A DNA stretch of 64,000 bases from Zygnema circumcarinatum SAG 698-1b (Eukaryota > Plantae > Zygnematophyceae), in NCBI GenBank assembly GCA_037447605.1, contig CM074809.1, positions 2,036,689-2,100,688 of the forward strand. The letters are read 5' to 3'. Shown here in pieces: positions 12,284 through 25,847 of this stretch. Made by a program: the position numbers and the translations under genes. The stretch's first letter is position 1. Each line of letters starts with the position of its first letter. The notes beneath the pieces were generated by a model. That model was given only the letters and a program-made list of their open reading frames with translations. It ran no database searches and was not told the origin of the DNA.

Positions 12284-14130
12284 CAATGTAGACATCATGA
12301 GCACACCCCTCCTTAGAACTTAGTGTTAGTGTTAGTGTATGATAGTTAGACATTACATTGGACACACTAACTTGTTGTGGTACTCAGTTGTTGAACATGA
12401 GACTCACGCTAGGCGTGGTGTAGCACACAGATTTAGTGATAGCCGGTGTTGACTTGGCTGAAGTGCAGCGAGTCTTGTAGTTCGAGCTTGGTAGTTAGTC
12501 GCGGCGTGGCAGTGCTTGACATCACCAGGGCTGGCGCTACTTTGATGAGCTTGTGGCCTTGTGTGCAAAGCGCGGAAGCGGAAAGTTACTTGGCGGCGGA
12601 AGCGACATGGGAGATACTTAGCGGAGTCCCGGAATGCGCCCGTGGACCACGCACTCGTGATGTGGGTCCGCTGGATTCGTATGCAGTAGAAGTGTGGCGG
12701 AGGAATGCGCTAGGAAAGGCGTGGCGAGCTATGCGGGCAGCTATGCAGACGGGGCAAGAAACTAGGTCGGTGTCGTGCGTGGGTTTCTTGAGGCCACTCT
12801 CGATTAGCTATTCTTGAGAGTCGCCCACTTTGAAACTCAGTGCATGGGTTTGCAATGGCCGAGAGGCGTGGCGTGAGCATGTGTGTAGCGTCACGGGCGC
12901 CACGCCAACCCATATAGTGCATAGTTTTACTATGGGAAAAATAACCACTACTAGTTACATCTCTTATTACAGTACTGCTGTGCTGTGGGCTGCCTTCACT
13001 TGTGTATTGAGTGGTAAGAGGGACTTGCTGTAGTGGTGGGAGAACTTCATGTGGTGGACATTTTATTATAAAAAGGAGTTTTAGGCGGTGAGCTTTCTCC
13101 TACACTTCTCTCGATTGATTTCCGCTGTGCTTATCTCTGGTGTTCATTCGGTGAGTTATGGGAGATGAGTGAATTGAGATATTGCCTTGAGAGTGTAAGA
13201 GTGGGAATGTCTACGCCGGTGGGAACCACGAGTTCACGTGGAGGGTGACCTGCGAGGAGGTGTTCTTGCGGGAGCAGCGGGGATCAGTCCCCACTCCCAG
13301 CAACTGGTATGAGCCATGGTGGCCGAGGGAGGACCACGTGAGTTCAGCATCCCGGCGTTAAATGACTGGGGAGGCGTGGCAACTCTGATCGGAGGTGTGT
13401 GCCAGAGGCGCTCCGTCCTAGTACTCTCACGCGAGCTTGAACCCGGCGTGGCCCAGCGTCAGGGGGCCACCTAGGACGGGGAAGGGTCACAGGATGGAGG
13501 CTGCCGAGGTTGCAAGGTTACGATGCAGCCTTGATATCTTGGGAACATATATGTATCCCAGCGTCGCCCAGATGTGGTCGAGGATCCGCGAATCCCGACC
13601 ACATCTTCCTATACGTTTTAGGCGCGTAACCGTCTTCGATACAATTCACGGGTCACCGTTGATACTTGGACCCAGTGGCATGATCGAACCAGCGCCCGGC
13701 AGCGTAATGGGATCCGGCCGTTACGGCACGTCACGGCGGCGCGCACGCGTCGCGGCAGCCAGCGCCCTTGTGGAATCGCAGTGGCGTTAGTTAGTTGTAC
13801 ACCTCGACCCCGGTATTCGGTCGAGGGGAGAGTTCGTGTGATCGCCATTGGGCGGCCAGCGCAATCCTCCCATGCTGGTAGGAGGTTAAACGGGGGAAGC
13901 GTAAAGGGGCGTGGGTGACTATCGTCACCCAACCAACGTACCGGCATTCGGTTGCACCCCTGACCAGGGCTGCTCCCCACTCTGAAGCTCGCTCGCTCTT
14001 GCTCTCGCCCTCTCGCTGAACTCTGAGTGCTGGTGTGTTATTCCGCGCAGGCTGAAGGAGTTAGATTTCAGCCGTGACATTTGGTATCAGAGAAGGGTTT
14101 CTTTTCTTTTTGGGAAGGAACCTGTTGGTC

Positions 14131-15598
14131 ATGGTGACCACTCGCCGGGCCGGAGGGGACCCGGGGCCCTCGGGGCCGCCACCTCCACCACCTGTCCCCC
14201 GGGACGAGGTGATGGAGGAGAACTCGGAGACTGCGGCCGTCCCCATGGAGGGGCCCAGTCCCGAACCCACGGATGGCCCAAGCCATCGGCGCATCCCTTT
14301 CCCCGCCGCTGATGCAAGCGGCGGCGGGAAGCCGATCCTTCCCCGCCCGGTTGGGCGCTCATCACTATATATGGGGCGATCCTAAGGAAAAGGATCGCAG
14401 ATTTGGGGAGGGAGGTGACTCAGGTCGTCACGGACACCAGGGGTTACCCTGGGAGGATGGACGACATGGAGCTCACGGTCCGCCGCTTGGTGGACACGCT
14501 CCAAATGGAGTTCCGGGGCCTTTCGGACAGGCTCCGGAGGATCGAAAATATGCCCCGAACCCCGAGCACAGGGTAGTAGGTCACGGCCGGGTCACGGGAA
14601 GGGGTTAGGCATACCACTCGGTAGCGTCGTCGTGCGACGCGCCCCAACCGGCTGCGGAAGCAGCAGCGAGATCGGACCCTGGTTTTCCGCAGTCACCCGC
14701 GAGGTGGCGAACCACCAGGTGAGGACCCCGTCGAGCAGCTCTTTGGCGGAGGAAGATCCTTGTCACCGGACTGCGCCTGGGCAACTAGAGGATGTCGGCG
14801 GGCCGGCCGAGAGTGGCCCCGCTTTCCCTTTAGGCGGAGAACATCCCTAACACGGACTGTTCCGATTGAAGCGGTCTTGGAGCCCAAGCGAAGGGTTGCC
14901 GGCGACCAGCTGTCCCCCCCTCCGATGGGTAGCTTGCTTACCGGCACTGAAGGAGCCGCATACCGGGTGTATGAGGGCCTCTCACGATAATTGAGGGGCG
15001 ATTGGGATAAGTTGAGAGAATGAACTATCAAACTGCACCGGGCCTTGGATCGGCTTGGAGGCCGGGATAAGTTTGAGAACATGGTCCCAAACCGGTAGTG
15101 TCAAGCAGTTTCTGCGAGACCTGCGACAAGTGGTGCCTCAAATCACCACTCCCCAAGCACGGGCAGGCTGAGTTCTTTCCACTTGAGAATGGCTTGAAGC
15201 CACACACGAGAAAAGCTAAAACCCAACCCACGGACTGCGAGCGTGGGACTGGCCCGACTCTGGTACGATTTCTTTGATGCAGCCATTCGGTTGGACACCG
15301 CCCTGCGGGCGATACAGGCCCTTCCCGACCCGGCCCGAGGAGGTCGGGCAGCGTGCTGTGAGGTCGTGCGTGAAGGCGGGACCCTCAGCTGCGAGGAAAA
15401 GAACAAGCGAAGGAAGCGGGTAGCTGCCGCCCGCCTTGCGGCGCGAAGTTGACTCGAGAGGGGAAATGGAGAAAGATGCAGCGGGAGAACAAGTGTTTCC
15501 GCTGCCGCAAGGAGGGGCACAAGGCCCGGGATTGCCCTCTGAACGCCAAGGACAAGAAGGGCAAGGGGCCGGAAAACCCCAACCCACCAGCAGCTTAG
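14131..15598 (+). pseudogene. gag: Chromovirus gag with CCHC knuckle (indel-interrupted as assembled)
   Basis: ATG at 14131 after the PBS; KCFRCRKEGHKARDCP at ~15492-15540; TAG at 15596-15598. Confidence 0.8.
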
Positions 15599-18500
15599 GG
15601 GTCGTTGCTGGTGGACATGCTAGGTTAGGGGGAGGGATGGAGACTGCTGCCAGGTCTAGGGGACATTTGTTTCTTAGAACCTCGGACATTCTTAAATTGG
15701 TTGGCAGACCTTTGGGAATGCACGATCTCTTTGTGTGTGATGCACTCCCTGTTTCCATTTCCCTCTCCCCTGCCACTGTAGTGACTCCTTTTGGGTTTAT
15801 GGATGTAGTGATGAATGGTGATTGGCATGTCTTTATCCTCAATGTCATGGGCAATGATGTTCTCATGCAATGTGCCATGGATGCTTTGCATGTCATGGGA
15901 AACACCTCCCATGTCCTTGGGCTGCATGTGCTGGTTCCTCAGCACATGGCAGTTCGCACCTTTCCCAACGCCACTTGGCGGTTGGTGAAACAGTTGAGGA
16001 AAGGGCACAAATTGGTGCAGACGATGGAAGGATCCACCAGTTCGCTGGTTGGGTCACCCTACACCTTGGTGTGGAGGACGGCTCGTCCTCAACCCTCGCA
16101 TATAGTGCGATCTATGTTCCATCTTGCCCATCGTGCCATGACCTTCACCGGGTCAGCCAATGGCCACCCCGCAGTGATACTGCTAGATACTGGGGCAGAT
16201 GCTAACTGACCAGTTCTGCATTCTGCGGCTTGATTTGGGTTGACCCGCAGATCCCCATTCCAGAAAGTGTGCACACACACACCGAGGGACGGGCCCCTTA
16301 AAGGGCAGTCTGCAGTAGCGTCACACACTCTCAAGATCGAGCTCAATCCTACTCGAGGCGGTTAAGTGTCTTCGACTGCAACTGGCCTCTGGTACGGATG
16401 TTATTTTAGGGAGTGCTTGGTTAACCATAATCAAAGCCCAATTGGACTTTGCCTTCCATACTGTATTCTGCACAGTGGGGATAGGCGCATCACACTGCAC
16501 CCTGGCAAACCCACATCCACTGCTATCACGCAGGTTGATACTCCTTATCTCTGCTCGGCTATGCAATTGGCCAAAGCAGTTAAGGAGGGTTGCACCTTGT
16601 TCATGGTGCATGTCATGACAGCCACTGAGGATGTTCATGACGAAGATCAGGAGTGGCAGATCACATCTACTGACGTGCTCTCCACTGTTCCCTCCCAGTT
16701 CCAACCTCTGTTGGATGAATTCAGGGATGTCTTCCCTGATGACCTTCCAAGGGGGTTGCCCCCATCGAGAGGGGTGGGGCACACAATCCCTCTTGAGCCT
16801 GAGCAAAAGCCGCCTTGGCGGCCGATCTATCGGTTAAGTCCGAAGGAAACCGAGGAAATGCGTAAGCAGTTGACTACTTTACGGGACAAGGGCTGGATGG
16901 AGCCCAGCCAAAGCCCTTTTGGGGCGCCCATCTTGTTTGTTGGCAAGAAAGATGGCTCGTTGAGGATGTGCATTGATTATCGTGCACTCAACAAGATCAC
17001 CGTAAAGAATCGATTTGCTTTACCACGTATCGATGATCTGTTGGATCGTCTTCACGGCGCCAAAGTGTTCACATCACTTGATCTTGCTCAGGGGTATCAT
17101 CAGATCCGCGTCACGGAAGCTGATGTGCCAAAAACTGCGTTCCGGACGCCGATTGGTCATTTCCAATATAAGGTGTTGCCCTTTGGATTGACTAATGCTC
17201 CGGCAACTTTCCAGGCTGTCATGAACGAGATGTTCATCGGCATGGACGAGTTTGTTTTGGTTTACCTCGATGATATCCTTGTCTTCAGTAAGACGGAGGA
17301 GGAACATCTTGAACACGTTCGAAAAGTGTTTGAGACCCTGAGGAAACACCAGTTTTATGCCAAGAGGAAGAAGTGTCATTTCATGCAACGTGAGTTGCTT
17401 TATCTTGGGCATATCCTGAATGATCAGGGCCTTCGGCCTGATCCTGCCAAAGTTTCAGCGGTAGAAACTTGGGCGCCACCGACTGACTTGCACCAGTTGA
17501 GGTCTTTTCTGGGCTTTGCGAATTATTTTCGTAAGTTCATCCAAGGGTTTAGTAAATTGGTTACTCCCTTGACTAATTTGACACGTTCCGGTGTCCCCTT
17601 TACATGGACCCCTGAATGCCAGGATGCATTCGAAGGTGTGCGCCATGCACTTGTTACCGCACCCACTCTCCGTTTAGCGGACCCGTCCAAGCCTTATGAA
17701 GTGGTTTGTGATGCTTCGGGATTCGCCTTGGGTGCCGTCTTGTTTCAAGATGGCCAACCTTTGGCGTATGAAAGCCGCAAAATGAATCCCGCTGAGCGCA
17801 ACTATTCTGCAACAGAACAGGAACTGCTTGCAGTAGTCCACGCCCTGAGGACACGGCGGTGCTATTTAGAGAGCTGGCGGTCCACGCTGGTGCCGACCAC
17901 CGCCCGGTGGCAGCGTTCCTCTCAACCCAACGGTTGTCTAAGAAGCGGCGGGCAGCTGAGTACGAGTTCCTCAGGTTTGGCGCGATTAGGTTTTATCGGC
18001 CCGGAAGGCTAAATATGGCAGACCCACTGGTAGGCACAGCCACCGGCATCTTGCTGCCCCTGGATAATTGGCTTTCGTCGACTCAGTGTTAGAACGGGCG
18101 GGTGTGGTGAGACGTGGCGGTCGTCTCCGGTATGCTTTGTCATAGATCCCTCCACCAGTGACGCAGTCGACCCTCCTGCTCTCTCTGATCTCAGACGGAT
18201 GATTCAGGAGGGGTATACTGGTGATCCTTTGTTCCTGGATGGCCAAGGTAATGGCTATAAGGACAAAGTGGTGTCTAAGGACGGATTTTGGTACCACGGC
18301 CAGCAGTTGGTCGTGCCCAAGGCCGGGACTGTACGGCAGCTCATTCTGGGTGAGCTACATGATCCTCCGTACCGAGGTCACATGGGAGTTGCCAAAACCC
18401 GTGAGGCACTGCTCCGAGAGTTCTGGTGGCCTGGACTCTCGAGGGATGTGAAAGCGTATGTACTCGCTTGTCCAACTTGTCAACGAAACAAACCCCGCAC

Positions 18501-19700
18501 TGGCAGGATCCCTGGCCAGCTGCAACCCCTCACACCTCCTTTTCGGAAATGGGACAGTGTGGGTATGGACTTGATCACAGATCTTCCTGTGACACCTCGG
18601 GGGCATGACTCCATCCTCGTCTTTGTCGATCGGCTCAGCAAGATGGTGCATTTTGCACCAACTACTAAGACAGCTGGGGCCGACGAGATTGCACGGTTGT
18701 ATGTTGACAAAGTGTGGAGCCAGCATGGTCTTCAGTCAGCAATTGTGTCTGACCGTGATCCACGATTCACCGGCCATTTTTGGACGGAAGTGCTCAAGAT
18801 CGTTGGGACCAAGCAGGCGCTGAGTACAGCTTTCCACCCGCAAACTGATGGCCAGACGGAACGGGTGAACAGGATCCTGGAGGATTACCTCCGGCATTAT
18901 GTGGGACCTACCCCGGATGGGTGGGACGAACTGCTCCCAGTGGCTGAGTATGCCATCAATAATGCTTACCAGGAGTCCATTGGTACCACCCCTTTCTTCC
19001 TGAACTTTGGTCAGCATCCTCTAAATCCCCTGCAACCAAGGGATCAGCCCCCTGATCCGTGGAACATGGGCGTCCACAGAACCCCCGATCCTTGGAAGGC
19101 GAGGAAGGCGGTGGGACTCAACCTCTGCGGTCAGATCTTTTGTCGGCTAATGTCACAGAGGCGCTGCAGAGAGGCGGCAGACCACGCTAGCGGCCCAGAT
19201 GCGACAAAAGGCCTATCTTGCGACCGTCACCGTACCCAACTCACACCTTGATGAGGCGTGAGGTGTTGCTAAGTCTGGCGAACTTGAGACTCAAGCTTAT
19301 GGCCGGAACGTAAGGCGTAGCCCGCTCATTAGGCCCTTGAGGTCATGAAAGCGCATCAATAATTAAACTTCTTGGTTGGATTTACCAGCCCATATGAAGG
19401 TGCATCGGTCTTCGTGTGGGGTTCTTCAAAGGCTTTACAGCGGTGATGGGGAGGATCAACCACCTCCCCACCGGTGGAACTTGGTGAACTTGGTATGAAG
19501 TTGAAACCATTCAAGCCAGCATTATTGTGAAAGATTAGCTCTTCCCGATCACGAATACCTGCGTGAAGTGGTTGGTATGGGGTTGAACATAGCATGGGAA
19601 AGCCAGGGCAACTTAACGATTGCGGGAGCTCATCAACTTGTCTTGGGGGCCTTGGCCTTGAGGAGGAGGAAGCGGCGAGGCGGCGCGAGAGTTCTGAGCG
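15571..19700 (+). pseudogene. pol: Chromovirus pol: PR-RT-RH-INT-chromodomain
   Basis: LLDTGADAN protease at ~16180; RT/RH ORF 16366-18012 (YLDD, DASGFALGAVL); integrase ORF 18199-19251 (HHCC, D,D35E region); degenerate chromodomain (YEVE...EYLVKW.GYG.EHS.WE-like) at ~19490-19620. Confidence 0.9.
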
Positions 19701-20553
19701 TTCACGCCTTCCGGAGGAAAGGGATTGACGGGATTGTCGGCCCGAGGCCTCCGGTTATCACGTAGAGTTCGGCGATCTTAGATTGAAACTTCTGTTTTGC
19801 CTTTCTTACCCCACCCATAGCGTGAGCGGGCGTTCACATCCTCCGCGAGGGGAGTAATGTGGCAGCTGATCACCAGCGGAGGTGTACCCAGAGGCGCTCC
19901 GTCCTAGTACTCTCACCCGAGCGGGCAGTGGCCAAAGTGGGGGACCACAGAGACGGGAAGGGTCACGGGATGAGCTGCGAGGTTGCAAGGGTTGATCTTG
20001 TATGACATCTTGAAGACATATATGCTCGCGTCGTGATGTGGGCTCGAGGATCGCGGAATCACGACCACATCTTTCCTTACGTTTTTAGGCATGCTTGGAG
20101 TCGTCCGTCTGCTGATGCGGGTCGCGGATTTAGTGCCGGACGGTACAGCCGTCAAGACTCCAGCGCCCGGCTTGCTAAGATCCGGCCGTGCGGCGTCTGG
20201 CGGCACTTACGCTGTCGCGCTTGCCCAGCGCCAGCAGAGAATGCGTGGCGTTAAATGCGTTGTACACCTATGACCCATTCGGGTCAGGGAGGGACACGTG
20301 GCAGTCTGCCATTGGACAGCCCTGCTTCCAATCCTCCATGCTGGTAGGAGGTTCAACGGGGGAAGCGTAAAGGGGCGTGGGTGACTGTCGTCACCCAACC
20401 AACGTACCGGCATACGGTTGCACCCCTGACCAGGGCTGCGCCACTCTCTGAAGCTCTCTCTCTGGCTCTTGCTCGCCCTCATTGTTGAACTCACGAGTGC
20501 TGGTGTATTGTTATTCGCCTTGGTGAAGGAGTTAGATTCGGCCAGAAGTGATA

Positions 20554-23500
20554 AGGTACAAGGGTGGAGATGGCGTTTGGTCCCACTGCTGCGTGGGCAA
20601 GGGGTTGCACAACTACGTTGGCCCGGCACCATCAAGGCACGGTCTTTGTAGGAGGAAGATACGGCGGAAGCGGCGTCGGAGTTCGACACGGGGGTTGTTA
20701 GATGGATGGCTAAGGATAGCAAGGCCACTTACCCGGATCGTCATAGTGTGAGGGAAGTCCACCGTCTATCTTGTATGATCTCGGGGACCTCACATCATGT
20801 GGAGGTGCTTAGAAGAGATGTATGATGTAAGGATAGCGTGGCGATTGTCAGCCTTTCTGTGACTAGGAGAAGATGAAGATGTCTCGGATGAGAAACTAGG
20901 GAATATATGGTCAGATTTGACACTCTAATGGAGGTTCATAGCCTTGGGCTTAGTTAGAGGGGACCATAAGATCAGCCGGTTTCTAGGGGGTACACAGTCG
21001 GTTTGATGTGGCGGTTGTGGCTCTTAGGGGCGATGTAGCGAACTCCATGATGACCCTTGAGCAAGTGAAGCCCGAAGGATCCAGGAGGGAGGATCTGATC
21101 CCGAACGTTGGGCACCGAAGAGAGATCTTGCTTGGCGCACTGGCGTCAAGGCCGAAGAGGCGCGTTGAAGGCGAGCCGAGGTGAACGCCAGCGAGGCGTG
21201 CCTACACGTGTGGCAAGACTGGCCCTTTACTACGCGGGCTGCCCCTTCAGAACAAGAAGCACCCGGATGCGAGGGAGGAGGAGCTTAAGTCATCCGGCAA
21301 GAAGAGTTGAGGGCTTACTTCAAGTACAGAAGAGAGAGGCCACAAGGCTGCGGTGCGGAGTGTGATGAGACGAATCTCATGCTCGCGAAAATTACGACTT
21401 TGTTGGGAAGATCGGGTTCGAGGATGCGAAGCGGCCATGGGCGATTGACTCTGGCGCTTCCACACATGTGTGGCGGCAATGAATGTTCTCCCGCGTTGAT
21501 TTACGTTGGAAGGACCCGATCATTCACTTTCGGCAACGGAGGGAGTGGCTTGATCCGCGAGGAGAGGTAGTCAAGATCGCGACTTCGGAGCGGCTCAATC
21601 ATCTCTGAGAAGAAAGGAGAGAAGCGTGCGTGCATGCGGTGATGTTCTTCACCTGGTGAAATGAGAACTTCATGTCGTTAGCCAAGTGTGTAGAAGGGTA
21701 CGAGGTTACCTTTAGTGAGAAGTCATGCGTGGCTACTCATATGGAGACCGAAAAGCAGCTATTTGAGGGGTATGAGAAGGGAGGCCTATATTACCTTCAT
21801 TATAGAAGAGAGGAAGATGAAGGGGTTATGGCAATATCTGAAAGTGTAGTAAATCTTTGGCATAAGTAGACTTGGCCATCTGAACCATAGTGGACTGCAA
21901 CAGCTTGCCGCAAGGGGGCTGGTCCGCGGGTTAGATGTATATGTAGTTGAGAAGGAGCTCGGTTTTTGCAAAGAGTGCATAGAGGGGAAGGCGCACAGAA
22001 AACCATTCGCGAGGAGAGGAGAGGAGACGTTCCATGCGCAAGAGAAGCTGGGTCTGGTTCACACCGACCTTTGCGGACCCGTGACACCGGCAACGACTGG
22101 AGGAGCCCGATAATTCATCACATTTCTTGATGATATTTCGAGGAAAAACTGGGTGAAAATTCTCAAAAACAAGTCTGAGGCTTTCGGAGCCTTCAGAGAG
22201 TGGCACGTACAGATGGAGCGAGAGAGCGGATCCAAGCTGAAGACTATGCGCTCGGACAACGGAGGGGAATTCAAGTCGAAGGAATTCGGCGAGTACTTGA
22301 GGACTCGCGGAATAAGGCATGAATTTTCTGCTCCTTACTCCCCTCAAAGTAATGGAGCTACTGAGAGGGTGAATAGGACGCTGGGGGACATGGCAAGGAC
22401 CATGTTGATTGATTCCCCTTTTCAGCATCGTTTTGGGGAGAGGCAGTGATGACTGCCACCTACCTTAGAAATAGATGCCGTCCTGCGATTACGAGAGCGG
22501 GTCCACACGAAAGAGGTATTATAGGTAGGAGGAGGGAAGCCCGGTGTCCCACCCCGAAGGCTTTTTGGGCCTTGACTGGCGGGTGGCAGTCTTGCTGGCA
22601 AAGCGAGAAGAGGAAATTGATCCTCGAGCGTGGAAGGTATTTTACCGGCTACAACACCGGCAACCACACTTACGGGATGTGGAACCCTGGTCGAATGAAG
22701 TTGAGAATTTCGAGGGACATCCACAGTGGATGAGAGAGAGGCTGATGACACGACTAGGTGAGACGGAGCCCTAAAGACAAATTTGGAGATTGTGTACGAG
22801 GACGTGGAGACTAGGGGAGAAGGCGTTGATGCCGTCCAGGTCCCAGTTTTGGAGGAGGTCAGCATGCCCAGGAAGCGGAGGCCCCGAACCCGAGAAGCGT
22901 TACCAAGCGTCGGCGGGGCTATTGGGAAGCTGAACCAGAAGTGCCGCAAAAAGCTGGCGGGAGAGCCCGTAGATTTCGGCCAGGCGGCTCCCACCTACGC
23001 CTCACTGTCGGGGCGAGGAGAACTCGGCGGCGGCGTGCCGGTACATGGGCCAGTCACGAGGACTTAGAGGCGAGGCGAGAGGCGATGTTGGCAAGCATGC
23101 CTCCGGGTTTGTCAGGGGATTTTCTTCAACTCAAGGTGGGAGAGCGCCGGAACCCATGAGGAGGAGCACCAGCGTGGTAGGGAAGGCTTTGATCGGTCGG
23201 GCCTAAGGGGTTTCAACAATGCGAGGAGAGTGCCCTTGGCTTCGAGTGAACTTCAGCGGGAGAAGCGCCGCGCTGCTTCATGATCACCGAACTGCTAACC
23301 AGTGAGGAGGCGCAAGACGGGTCGATGGCGAAAAGTGGCGAGCAGCAATTGACAGTGAGTGGGATAGCTTGCTAGAGAACGGGACATGGCGACTTGAGGA
23401 GTTGCCGAGGGGAAGAAGGGCCATTGGATGCAAGTGGGTGTTCAAGGTGAAGCGGAAGGGCCGAAAGGGAGTCCCGTCGGTACAGGCGCGCACGGTGGCG

Positions 23501-24805
23501 AAAGGCCGGCCGGGCATACGGAATTGACTACGGAGACCTTGGCGGTGGTAAAATTCAATTAAGCTGGGTGCCCCTAATTTCGATTCTGCGGTACGGGGAT
23601 CTGCGATACATCAACTCGACATCAAGACCCGTTTAAATACGAGGAGATCACCGAGATCTACATGGAGATGCGGCCGGAAGGAAAGATTGTCCCAGGCGAG
23701 GAGGATCACGGTTTGTCGCCCTGAGTAAGAGAATGCGTACGGTGAAGCGAGCGCCGAGTCTGGTATGAGAAGATAGGCGATCTTCGGGAGGAACGGACCG
23801 TCTTGATTAAAGCGATCATTCCGTTTAAACGAGGGGCGAGGATCTCATGTCGTTGGGATCTATGTTAGCGACCTCATTATGGTGAGTCTCTCGTTGGAGA
23901 GAATCAATGATTTGAAGGAGCTGCTCCAGGCTAACTTCAAGATGTCGGATCTAGGGGAAGCGCAGTATCTGTTAGGGATGCAGCTGAAGAGGGGGCAGGA
24001 CGGCAGCCTCTTTCTGTGTTAGAAGAAGTACGCCGCAGACGTACTTGCGAGATTTCATATGGAAGATTAGGATCAGGTACGGCCCCATGGAGATTAGAGC
24101 GCGGCGTGAGGAGATGGCGCCGCGGATCTTGAGGAGGTACAGCGGATGTCGCAGTCTGAATCTGCTTCTCCGGAAGTCTCATGTACCTAGCAGTTGGTCT
24201 GGCCGGACTTAGCCATGAGTATTTCGGCAAATGATTCCATGGAGATCGGGTCGAGCATTGTTAGGAAGCACGTGAAGAAGAATCTTCGGTATGTCACGGG
24301 GAACCTTGGATTCTACGGCCTGGTATGAGAGGGGCCAATTAGAGTGTCGGATACACCCGACTCAGATTGGGGAGGTGACGTGGACACATCACGATCAACA
24401 TCAGGATTCGTGTTCCTGAATGGAGGAGGAGCGATCTCGTGGAGCTCCAAGCTCCAGGATTCGGTGGCCTTGTCAAGCACCGAGGGCGAGTACATGGGGG
24501 CTTGCCATGCAGCAAAGGAGGGAGTGTGGTTCCAGTACTTCTTTGATGAATGTAAGAGACCACAAACTCCGGTGACTCTGTTTACGGACAACCAGTCGTC
24601 CATAGCCTTGATGGGAAACCCTGTATTCCACAAAAGGACCAAGCACATTAGGGTGCAATACCATTACGTGAGGGAATTGGTAGAGGAAGGGATGATAGTG
24701 GTGAAGTTTGTAGGAGCGAAGAAGCGGTACGGATATGTTGACCAAAGGGGTCGTGAGGGGAGACACTACTGTGAATACAGGACTCATTGGGGGCTGGGGC
24801 CATGA
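20554..24805 (+). pseudogene. pol: Copia A gag-pol (PR, INT, RT, RNaseH), frameshifted
   Basis: IDSGASTHM at ~21443; GGLYYL...LWH at 21780-21865; integrase RSDNGGEF...NGATERVNRTL at 22153-22449; RT GCKWVFK at ~23430; RNaseH ORF 24344-24805 (DSDWGGD...SSTEGEY...HKRTKHI). Confidence 0.9.
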
Positions 24806-25847
24806 GGAAGCTGAGCCCAAGAGGGGATTGTTAGTGTTAGTGTATGATAGTTAGACATTACATTGGACACACTAACTTGTTGTGGTATTCGGTTGTTGAA
24901 CATGAGATGCACTGGGGCGTAGTGCTTCTAGATTTATGATGTCGGTGTTACGACTTAGAAGCGGAAGTCTCGCGCCCTTGATGCGCGGAGTTGAACAGCT
25001 GGCGATGATTAGTCGCGGCGGTAGCGAGGAGTCTTGCGGCAATCTGGGCTACTTTTGATTATTATGGCCTTCGTGGCGCAAAGCCTTGAATGGAAAATGC
25101 GTAGCGGAAGCGACATAGGTGATACTTGGCGGCGGGTGGAATCGCCCACGTGGACCACTAAGTGATGTGGGTCGGCCCGGGTTCGTATGTACGGCCGAAG
25201 TGTCGTGAAATCGCTAAGGAAGGCTGGCCAGCGGCGGGCTATGCGGACGTGTCGCAGTTGAGACAAGAACTAGGTGGGTAATAGATGCGTAGGTTTCGCG
25301 AGCCCACTCTCGGTCAGCTATTCTTGAGTCATGCCCGAAACTCAGTGCATGGGTTTGCAATGGCGGGCGTGACGTGACATGTGTGTCACGTCACGGGCGC
25401 CATATTATATAGTGCATAGTTTTACTATGGGAAAAATAACCATACTAGTTCTGTCTCTTATTCTGTGCCTGCACGAGCTGTCAGGCTGCCTTCACTTGTT
25501 TCGTGAGTTAGTGAGTAAGAGGGACTTACCTTGTAGTGGTGGGAGAACTTCATGTGGTGGACATTTTTATTATAAAGGAGTTTTAAGTAGTGAGCTTTCT
25601 CTACACTTCTCTCTCGATTGATTTCATTTGTGCTTATCTCACGGTGTTCATTCTACGTGAGTTATGAAGATGAGTGAATTGAGATAGAGCGAGGTATAAG
25701 AGTGGGAATGTCTACGCCGGTGGGAACCACGAGTTCTGTGGAGGTGACACGAGGTGTTCTTGGGAAGCGTGAGGATCAGTCCCCACTTGACACTTAGTAC
25801 CAACAACTTGAGTGTACAACAAATTTACAACTACTTTTACACTAACA

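Larger units (their letters stand above)
13375..20553 (+). mobile_element. Ty3/gypsy chromovirus family G, full-length copy nested in Copia A
   Basis: 5' LTR ~13375-14079 ends GCCGTGACA; PBS TGGTATCAGAG at 14082; PPT at ~19843-19857; 3' LTR ~19858-20553. Outer boundaries are approximate and no TSD was resolved. Confidence 0.9.
12324..25792 (+). mobile_element. Ty1/copia element A, full length, interrupted by a chromovirus in early gag
   Basis: LTRs at 12324-13302 and 24829-25792. TSD CTTAG at 12319-12323 and 25793-25797. PBS-like TGGTATGAGC at 13305 is followed by ATG at 13316. PPT CCAAGAGGGGAT at 24817-24828. Confidence 0.9.
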
